From assembly GCF_001194135.2 (NCBI RefSeq), contig NC_069004.1, forward strand, positions 19,049,682-19,105,488: a stretch of 55,807 nt of DNA. The letters are read 5' to 3'. Position numbers and translations under genes: made by a program. The stretch is from Octopus bimaculoides. Its lineage: Eukaryota. Below the pieces are notes generated by a model. It saw nothing but the letters and a program-made list of their open reading frames with translations, made no database searches and had not been told where the DNA came from. Positions 46,698 to 55,807 of this stretch are shown here, piece after piece (position 1 is the first letter of the stretch; each line of letters starts with the position of its first letter).

Positions 46698-48130
46698 GGC
46701 GCTTTTGTTTTGGGGTGGCGTGGGGTTGCGATAGTGTTGGTGTTGTTTTAGATATGTCTATTGCCTTTGCACTGGAGCATTCTATTGTTGGTGTGGGGCC
46801 AGGTACTTTTCTTTTGCGTTGTCTTGGGTTTGTTTTTGTGGTTCCTCCTCGTCTTCGCTACGCGATGTGGGGGCACCAGTGACTGTGGAGTCAGTCTCGG
46901 GCTGTGTGAGTTTGTGTTTGTGTGAACGTCGCTGTGTAAGTGTGTGCTTGAGTGAGGAATAGACGGAGTGCTGACTTAGGAGACACCCTGTGTGGTTATC
47001 TCTATTGCCTTTGTTCTTCATCTAAAAATGAGGCTGTATGTGTGACATATTGTCTCAGTTGTTGAGGGTTTTGTTTGGGTGGTGGGAGTGGCTTCAAGTC
47101 TAATGTCTTTTTGAGGCTACCCTGAGGTAGCTTGTAGCCCCACAAATGTAGCATTTAGGCTTTCTGCCTTCTACTATAACATGCAAGTCAACCCCGTTGG
47201 AAAGCTGTTTAAGGTCCAGGACTTTTTCCATGTTTTCCAGCTTCATAAGGAACAGGATTTTAATTGTAATCCCGGACCAGTTTTCCCTGCTGCTCCGTTT
47301 CACCTCTAGGAGTGATTCCGAATCCTCTATTATGCTTGTTACGATCTATCAGACATTCACGCCTAGTAGAACACCTGGTATTTTTATTCTGGCAGTTCTT
47401 TCTGAGATGTAGGTTGGGTACAGGATCCACGCCTCACTCCATCAAGGCGTTACTGCATGTTTACGTGCGATTTCTCACTTTTGAAGAGGACCACGATGCT
47501 GGCACACTGTCTGCCTCTTTGTAAGTGGGCCACGTCTTCTAGGGTGTCATTTAGAACTTCCTCCACTTGACATATAGATGCTATTTCTGCTCGCCTGCTC
47601 TTGCGCGAGACATTTAAAATAACTAGTTTTTTTCGCCTTCATTTCCAGCAATCCAGGATATACAAGAACCGCTGCCTTAACCCACTCGATTTTTATGATT
47701 TCTTTTTTGGCTTGGGCCAATTCTTTTGCTTTTTCATCTAGGGCCAGCGGAAACATTTCTTTTTTAAAGCTGGCAACGTCGGAAATTTTTTTTCTGAATT
47801 CGTGGAATTATTGTTTTGGTCGGTGTTCTTTACGTTATTTAATTTCGTCGATGTTTTGGTGATTTCTGTTTCACAGGTGTCAACAGTAGTCGTAGTGGCG
47901 TTGCTGTTATTTCTTACTATCTTCTGTCTCTCTTTCTACCGTCTTCGCATTCCTGGTGTCGCTGTTGATGGTTTCACATGTTTCGCGAGCTCTCACATTG
48001 CTTAATCTGTTGTTGTCGCTGGGAGTCAGTGGTATAAGGCGGGGGGAGGAACGCTCCCCGTGATGGTCGCTGATGCCACTGGTAATGGTGATGATGATGA
48101 CGCTATCTTGTGTGTTTGTGTCTTTTACAC
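46690..48130 (-). mobile_element. L1/Tx1-clade LINE 5' part (ORF1 relic)
   Basis: QVEEVLNDTLEDVAHLQRGR, RENWSGITIKIL, and VIVEGRKPKCYICGATSYLRVAS (degenerate CCHC knuckle at 47112-47153). Homologous to the ORF1 relic at 23700-24200. Confidence 0.75.
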
Positions 48131-48699
48131 AAGAGTGCAATAGATAATTAAATGAATAAATACTGCCCCTTACGGGGCAGAAAAGAACAGCTGAACACCT
48201 GCCAAAAGGTTCTAAATTAATAACGTATATTTGTAAAGACAGGGTGAGAAGAACGTAAACCATTTAAAAACGCTATGTCATAGTTAATTAGAATTAGTTT
48301 TCTGGTTCAAGCGTGTAGTTCAAATCTTAAATAATTGTTTTGAAAACCACATTTTGGTAAAAAAAAAAAAAATTTATATTAATATTGGAATTTATAAAAA
48401 TTTTCTGGACAATATAGACTTTAATAATTGCTTTCTTTGCATAGTTCTTACTAATTAACAAGCAGTTTTCTTTATTATAGTAAAGATATTCCACCCTTCT
48501 CCTTCTCTCTCTCTCTCTCTCTCTTTCACATTGACAAGCACACCCCTATATAATTCCTCTCCCCCGTCTCATTTCACTTCTTTATCTTATACTCTTTCCT
48601 CTCTCCCCACCGTCCACCTCTCTCTTTTACCCCACACCCTCACTCANNNNNNNNNNTTCGTAGTCTTAAAACGTGAAGTTCAGTCGGGTGCACCAGCAT

Positions 48700-48734
48700 C
48701 ATCATCACCAGAATCATCACCCCAATCACCATGC

Positions 48735-48795
<61 letters not shown>

Positions 48796-49233
48796 TAACT
48801 GCAACGACAACATGCACATCACAGCATCCGTATGCGCTCTATATTTGCAGTTGAACAAGTAGAATTGTTTTGGCTTTCTGTTTCCTTCACAAATAAACTT
48901 GTCACTCGACATTCCGACGTTTCTCCGCATCTCATCCGCCTTACACAACCTTCTCCCTACGAGTGTGTGTGTATGCGCGATTACATGTGCGCGCGCACAC
49001 ACACACATACACACATACACACACACACACACACGCACGAACATGCAACTTCTTTCAACAGCCGCTTCTCCTCCCACCCTGACACGCACACGCACACACA
49101 TACACATACATATGCACACACATACGCACACACAAACAAATAAAGAAACATATACTGACATACACCAACACACGCGGCCATACACACACATAAGTACATA
49201 CACATACACGTTTCTCTTCCAAAAGCACAGCCT

Positions 49234-49286
<53 letters not shown>

Positions 49287-49686
49287 CAAATAAACACACA
49301 ACCACACGCATACAACCAAACAAACATTCACGTACATCTCTCTCCCCACCACTACCACCACCATCCAGACATGCAGAAAACCATATACACATATACGTAC
49401 ACATAAACATACAAAGCCACAAACACCTTCACACATACATACATCTTCACATACACACATACACACACACACCCATTGCATTTCCATTATGCAACAACCT
49501 CCGTCACATACACATACACACAAACACAGACACACACACACAGGTAAACACATACACATATAGGTAAACACACACACACATGTACAGGTAAACACACACA
49601 CACACACATACCGGTAAACACACACATATTCACATGCATTCTGCCACATTGTTTATCCTTCACACACATCCCGTCGCACACACACA

Positions 49687-49725
<39 letters not shown>

Positions 49726-49830
49726 GCACACACATAGGCATATAATTATGTATCACAAACATGCATACGCACGCACACACACACGTATGCATGCACACAC
49801 ATACACCCACACACAAAAGGATGTGCACAT
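48700..49830. repeat. (CAT)n then long compound (CA)n tract
   Basis: Direct read. Confidence 0.9.
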
Positions 49831-50587
49831 ACATGCATGATATACACCATTGACATGCATCCTTCCAGCATCCTTCCACCTTCACAACATCCCACCCGNN
49901 NNNNNNNNNNNNNNNNNNNNNNNNNNNNNNNNNNNNNNNNNNNNNNNNNNNNNNNNNNNNNNNNNNNNNNNNNNNNNNNNNNNNNNNNNNNNNNNNNNNN
50001 NNNNNNNNNNNNNNNNNNNNNNNNNNNNNNNNNNNNNNNNNNNNNNNNNNNNNNNNNNNNNNNNNNNNNNNNNNNNNNNNNNNNNNNNNNNNNNNNNNNN
50101 NNNNNNNNNNNNNNNNNNNNNNNNNNNNNNNNNNNNNNNNNNNNNNNNNNNNNNNNNNNNNNNNNNNNNNNNNNNNNNNNNNNNNNNNNNNNNNNNNNNN
50201 NNNNNNNNNNNNNNNNNNNNNNNNNNNNNNNNNNNNNNNNNNNNNNNNNNNNNNNNNNNNNNNNNNNNNNNNNNNNNNNNNNNNNNNNNNNNNNNNNNNN
50301 NNNNNNNNNNNNNNNNNNNNNNNNNNNNNNNNNNNNNNNNNNNNNNNNNNNNNNNNNNNNNNNNNNNNNNNNNNNNNNNNNNNNNNNNNNNNNNNNNNNN
50401 NNNNNNNNNNNNNNNNNNNNNNNNNNNNNNNNNNNNNNNNNNNNNNNNNNNNNNNNNNNNNNNNNNNNNNNNNNNNNNNNNNNNNNNNNNNNNNNNNNNN
50501 NNNNNNNNNNNNNNNNNNNNNNNNNNNNNNNNNNNNNNNNNNNNNNNNNNNNNNNNNNNNNNNNNNNNNNNNNNNNNNNNNNNNNNN

Positions 50588-50661
50588 GACGACGACGACG
50601 ACGACGATGATGATTATGATGACGATAACGATGATGACGATAACGATGACGATGATGATGG

Positions 50662-50706
<45 letters not shown>

Positions 50707-50792
50707 CGACGACGATGACGACGACGATGATGAAGATGATGATGATTATGATGATGACGACGACGATGATGAAGACGACGACGATGATGATG
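50588..50792. repeat. (GAT)n/(GAC)n trinucleotide tract
   Basis: Direct read. Confidence 0.95.
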
Positions 50793-51082
50793 CTTTTCAT
50801 CACAATGAAACAGCTTATATTCTTATGTACTTTCGATCTTGGAAACACGACGAAGAAAAATCGTAATTAAAACCAGAATCAGTATTTTATGCCGATTGGC
50901 TGATCCTTGTCAGGCCAAGGACTAGAGGGAATTACTCATTCTAGTCTCCGGTCCGAAAGAGTCCTCCGGAACAAAGTAACCATCTCGTTTTTGTCAACAG
51001 TGAGAGTTTCCCCTCCCTGCCATTAATCATCCATAGATTGCTAAAATAAAACATCCACCGATCCCCTTGCCTGAAAGGTAAA

Positions 51083-51282
51083 GGACGGCGAGCTGGCAGA
51101 ATGGTTAGCACGCCGGGCGAAATGCTTAACGGTATTTCGTCTGCCGTTACGTTCTGAGTTCAAATTCCGCCGAGGTTAACTTTGCTTTTCATCCTTTCGA
51201 CTAAGTCGATGTTATCGACTTAGTCCCTTTGTCTGTCCTTGTTTGTCCCTCTCTGTTTAGCCCCTTGTGGGCAATAAAGAAT
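51083..51282 (+). mobile_element. SINE family C with alternative tail and internal deletion
   Basis: Homologous to 38663-38893. Confidence 0.9.
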
Positions 51283-51594
51283 TAAAATTAAAAAAGGACG
51301 GTGATTGCATGACGACATTCTAAGTGAAAGGCACTTAGTCTCTCTGTCTTTGCTTCAACCAGGACTGCAGCTCTACCAAAGAGCAGCAGTAAGATGTGCC
51401 TTAAGTACTCTCTCTATCTCTCTATCTCTCTCTCTCTCTCTCTCTCGCTCTCTCTCTCTTTCCACTCTCTTTCTCTCCCCTCCCACTTTCTTCCCCTCCC
51501 TCTCTCCCCTCCCTTATGCATACACAACGCTGCCGTTGGCCCTGTTTCTGTTGTTGTTGCCATTAGGGTAACATTCCCGGTTCTTAGTCGCTGA

Positions 51595-53268
51595 CTATAT
51601 CACCCTTTTAAAACAGTAAGCTAACCTTCTACCGACCATATCTTATCAATCTGTATCAGCAAGTTCTCATTGGGAACAGTTGCACACCACACGGGCTCGC
51701 TCTGGCAAAGACAAAATTGATCTCCGAATGCAGAAACACCCACATAGCAAAAATCTACCGACCAATTGCATGCCAGTTTTTTATTGTATAAGATATATAA
51801 AGCATGTTTAAACCTCTTCCTCCAGGACCATTGTGAAACCAATAACTTTATCACAGCAGAACAAGCAGCTGGGAAGAAGGGAATCTGGGGCTGTCCCGAG
51901 CAATTGTTAATCAACAAAACTGTGATGCCAGCGAGAGCATAGGAGGAACCTTGTTTCAATGTGGATAGACTACAAGAAAGCCTTTGACTCTATTCCCCAC
52001 TCATGGATGCTAGAAGCCCTTCAACTTGCTAAAGTTCCAGTGAGAATAGTCAAAGCCATAGCTGGGCCACCATCTTGAAATTAAACACAAAGAGTGAATG
52101 TATTATCACCGATAGAATTCAGTATTGCAAAGGCATATTCCAAGGGGACAGCCTCACTGTCATATTGTTTATACTTTCTGTAAACCCCTTTGTCATTCAT
52201 GTTAAGGCAGTCTGAAGGATATCTCGCTGGTTCACAAGGAAACAGAAATACCAAAATTACACTATGTTTCTTTGTGGATGACTTAAAACTTTGAGCAAAG
52301 AATATGTATGAGATAAAAAAAAGAGCCTTAACCTAGTTACAACATTTTCAGAGGATGTAGGGTTGGAGTTTGATCAGGTTGTGAAAAAGGAAAGAAAACT
52401 ATAAACTAGACTAATAACATCTCCATCATTGACTTGACTGTTTCCCCTGTATCTGACGAGGAATGTTACAGGTATCTAGGGGTGGTTGAAAATATGTCTT
52501 ACAATGGCACCTCTAACAAAACACGTATCACTAAAGAATATTACAGCCGAATAAAGAAAATTTGGACCTCAGAACTCTCTGCATTCAATAAAACAGTGGC
52601 CCACAATGTGTTTGCAGTGCGAGTACTCGTACCAACATTTGGGCTGCTTGATTGGACGCTTGATGAGATTTGAGCCGTTGATGTGAAGATCTGAAAAATA
52701 CTAAACACACGTAATTTCCATATAAGCAGAGATGTAGACCGCCGCTACCTAAGATGTAAACAAGGCGGCAGAGGCTTAACATCGGTCCAAAATGCCTTTG
52801 AATGTCGCATCGTATCCCTTCGGCAACATCTTTTTACCACCAAGTGTCGAAGTGCATCCCTTGACCAAGTTTGCCTACATGAGGATGATAGCATCAAAAG
52901 ACTTGGAAGGTAGTTCTTTGAGCAACACTCCTTGTCTGGTAACCTAGAATACATGCCCAAAGAAATCGCAAGACTCTACTGCCAACGTATCATCATATGA
53001 AAAGATGAGCCCATATGAGCAGAAGACTATGCTCCGTAATGATAGTAACATTGGTCCTCAATACAGTTTTATCATGGATCAATAGCCAGATTACTTTGAA
53101 GGGTGTGCGTTTGCAATCCAGGAACAGGAAATATCAACCAAGTACCTGATGCACAGAAGGGATAGAGATGCAGGAAAAGCAGTAAAATGTGACAACCGAT
53201 GCAGACTTTGTGGAGTTCACACTGAAGATATCACCCACATTATAAGCAGTTGTCCGAAAATGTCATCA
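51595..53268 (+). pseudogene. R4/Dong-type (RLE-class) LINE RT pseudogene fragment
   Basis: IYRPIAC, EQAAGKKGIWGCPEQLLINK, WIDYKKAFDSIPHSW, KGIFQGDSL, FFVDDLKL, YRYLG, GGRGL, QEQEISTKY and CRLCGVHTEDITHIISSCP (CX2CX8HX4C, 53200-53253). Truncated before the RLE nuclease. Confidence 0.9.
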
Positions 53269-53356
53269 CGTAAGCATTTATAGAAGAATGCTTGGCATTT
53301 TTATTCTAAATCGCTCACAAACGACAGAAAATAAAAAATATCATAAAATGATGAGC

Positions 53357-53660
53357 TGCAGGCATGGTGTGTGATAAGAATTTTGCTTCCCAAACCACAT
53401 GGTTCTGGGTTCCGTCCCTCTGTGTGTAGCACCTTGGGAAAGTTCCTTCTACTATAGCTTTGGACCAACCAAAGCTTTGTAAGTGAATTTGGATGACGGA
53501 AACTTAAAGAAGCCTGTCATGTATGTATGTATGTATGTATGTATGTATGTATATATGTGTGTATATGTTTGTGTGTATGTATGTATCTATGTGTGTGTGT
53601 GTCTGTGTGTGTATGTGTGTTTATATTTGTGTCTATCTCCCTCACCGCTGGACAACCACC
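53357..53660 (+). mobile_element. SINE family A 5' half plus microsatellite
   Basis: Head, centre and (TATG)n. Confidence 0.85.
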
Positions 53661-53724
53661 AAATTTCAGTTCCTCTCCTTAATTAAGAAAGAATTAAATA
53701 TACGCTGGATCAGTGGAGTCCTGA

Positions 53725-53880
53725 GAGTCAAACAAACGCCTTGCTGTATTTGTTCCGGCTCTCAACGTTGTGAGTTGAAAATCCTCCGAGGCCAACGTTG
53801 TTCTTTTATCTTTCGGGAATCGATAGGATTAAGTACCAGTCAAGTACTGAGGTCAAATTAATTGGCGAACCCTCTTCCCA
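53725..53880 (+). mobile_element. Degenerate SINE family C
   Basis: GAGTTGAAAATCCTCCGAGGCCAAC...TCTTTCGGGAATCGATAGGATTAAGTACCAGTCAAGTACTG. Confidence 0.65.
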
Positions 53881-54719
53881 ACACTAAATACCACATAAGT
53901 ACTGGGATCAATTTAATTGACTTAACCCCTCTCCAGCATTAAGTGCCACTTAAGTGTTGAGATCAGTTTAACTGGCTAAATAACAAAACCCCTCCCTAGA
54001 TATCTGAGACCTTGAGCCTGTTTTAGAAACAATGAAATTTATAAGAAATATTTATTTAGTTGAAAATTTAATTATCAATATCAAAGTAAAAAAGTTAACT
54101 GACCTTATAATGAATTTTCATAAGAGTTTGAGAACGTTAGAGTAAATATGGTACTCAACTTTATGCCATGGAATAAAATATATTTTTTAATACAAAATCA
54201 TAGTTTCTTGAAGGTTGTACTCGAGGCCCTCAAAAGATGAATGCACCCTTAAGGCCGCACGTTTCTCACCTATTATTAAAAAGAAAATATGCCACAAAAA
54301 AATCGATGACATTTTAGGACAGTTGCCAGTTATATTGTATTCTCAATAAGAACGTGACACAATCCAATATTTTAACAATAAACAATTATTTGAATTCTTA
54401 AGAGGATTCAAGAAGTTTTTTTTGTTCTCGTAAATAGATCTTTTAAAAATTTTAGTTATTAGTTATCACTTGTTGGTAAACCATAACTTTTGAAATGTCA
54501 TCATTAAAGGAGGCAACATTGCATCGTCAACACTGAAATATGTTTCCCGTTTATGTATGTGTTAGAGAATACGTATGTGTACACGCTTCTCTATTTCTTT
54601 ACAGTATCGAGAGGAATGTCTGGCGGCAACGTTTCTCTGCTCTGAGTTCAAACCTGCCGAGATCATCTTTCCCTTTCGTCAACCACTGGACATTACTGTT
54701 TTGAGTCCTAGGCTTCAAA

Positions 54720-55180
54720 GGGCCATTTACGCAGTTTCCATGGCGTATAAGCGGCCGTGATCACAATATTTCCCCTGAACAGAAACAACAATCCGTTGCG
54801 GGCCTGTTTCTATTTACAGCTGAGTGGACTGGCAAAACAGTGAATAAAGTCGAAATCTAGTGATCTGGTGGTCTCGGCGCTGGAGATGACAGGGATTGAT
54901 CTCTCCACTAATCATATAAACAAGAGTGCCTTTTTTCGCCCCCAAAGGCCAATATGAGAGTTTCTCTCATGGTATCTACTGCAGTATAGTTTGTTCTAAC
55001 AGAACATCCAGGTTTAAGTGGGGATAAATATTACCTCTCAGTATTAATATTGCCTCTGTCGCTAATAAATATTTGTTAAATAATTTGTTTCACTCTAGAA
55101 CTCGACGTACTGCTCAGTCCGAGAATTGAAACCACGATCATGCGACCTGGTTGCAACACTCTAACCACTAATCTACAGGC
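54720..55180 (-). mobile_element. Family B-type SINE interrupted by the unclassified repeat
   Basis: tRNA-like head at 55180-55095 (minus strand TTAGTGGTTAGAGTG...GGTTTCAATTCTC) and core TACAGCTGAGTGGACTGG at 54815-54832, separated by the 54849-55080 insert. Confidence 0.65.
54849..55080 (+). repeat. 5'-truncated third copy of the 33574-34125 repeat
   Basis: GTCGAAA..TGATCTGGTGGTCTCGG...TATAAACAAGAGTGC...TGCCTCTGTCGCTAATA is colinear with the tandem copies. Confidence 0.85.
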
Positions 55181-55807
55181 TCGATAATAAAAAAAAAGAA
55201 AAAAACATCAATCCATGGCAGAAGATTGCCGGAACCAAAAGAATATGGAACTGGAACTGAATGTTTTGAGGTCTTTCTTCTGGGGCGTTCGTATTAATAT
55301 TATCTTTTCGGTATTTGTTGTTTTCTTTTTCTTTTTGCCTTATGGGTTCAATACGGCTTCACGTTTAAGGATAGTTCCCTTCCTTTATCCCACATCTCTC
55401 TCTGAAACCCAGCAAAGAATTATGGGTAATGCCTTATCGCCAAACTAAGAGTTGTCTCCCTTAGTTTTCTTCGTCAGAATTTGTCATTAATCTGATAATT
55501 CCGACCTATAATCCAGCAGTGACACTCGCTTTTGTTATAGATGCTTAAATCTCTCCTTGTCAGCCATAATCAAGGACCTCCGTCGGTCAAATTTGCCCAA
55601 ACATCTACTCATATTCGCACAAACTACGCAAAGATATTTTTGCAGAAGACTTATCAGTTGCCTACGCATGCAAGTCTGCCCTCTGTTTGACATCGATGTT
55701 TATGCAAAGGAAAGGCCACCGACTTGAACAGATACAGTCTGGCGTCATTGTCGTTGCAGATGTTGCTATCGGAATGCAAAAACCTAAAACATATACTGGA
55801 AGTTGCC

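Noticed and set aside
45473-46882. 469-aa ORF as an intact gene
   Set aside because: It is a frameshifted hAT transposase fragment joined through a gap to (GT)n and antisense L1 sequence.
48640-49840. Multiple 200-260 aa Cys/Val- or His/Thr-rich ORFs
   Set aside because: They are translations of (CA)n/(TG)n tracts that lack stop codons.
54248-54520. TTAA-flanked element (piggyBac/Kolobok) suggested by TTAAGGCC and TTAAAGG
   Set aside because: No matching inverted terminal repeat was found.
55690-55807. Open frame at the window end (KATDLNRYSLASLSLQMLLSECKNLKHILEVA)
   Set aside because: Short, truncated by the window edge, and without recognisable homology.

Overview
This is eukaryotic, AT-rich, microsatellite-saturated draft-assembly DNA with about 20 N-gaps (roughly 9.7 kb), many bounded by simple repeats. 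The tRNA-headed SINE families and transposon relics resemble those of octopus genomes; this is recognition from memory, not a database search. I find no intact host gene, rRNA, true tRNA gene or CRISPR array. Nearly all long ORFs in the track are artefacts of N-runs and microsatellites. The window is mostly transposon relics: about 17 copies or fragments of a SINE with an internal microsatellite (family A), several modular SINE families (B, C, D), a decayed Helitron RepHel, a non-autonomous Helitron with both termini, two L1/Tx1 LINEs plus a 3' fragment, an R4/Dong LINE, a CR1-like relic, two Buster-type hAT transposases plus a MITE, three Tc1/mariner relics plus a MITE, and Penelope-type terminal repeats carrying minimal hammerhead ribozyme motifs. 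The most unusual observations are (1) a ~360 bp head-to-head palindrome at 4401-4762 whose arms fuse a tRNA-like Pol III head to a minimal hammerhead, (2) three hammerhead motifs sharing a non-canonical CUG-U-NGA core, and (3) a ~330 bp tandem and dispersed repeat with a hammerhead-like core and a competing hairpin, a possible retrozyme-like element. Family labels A-D are my own working names.
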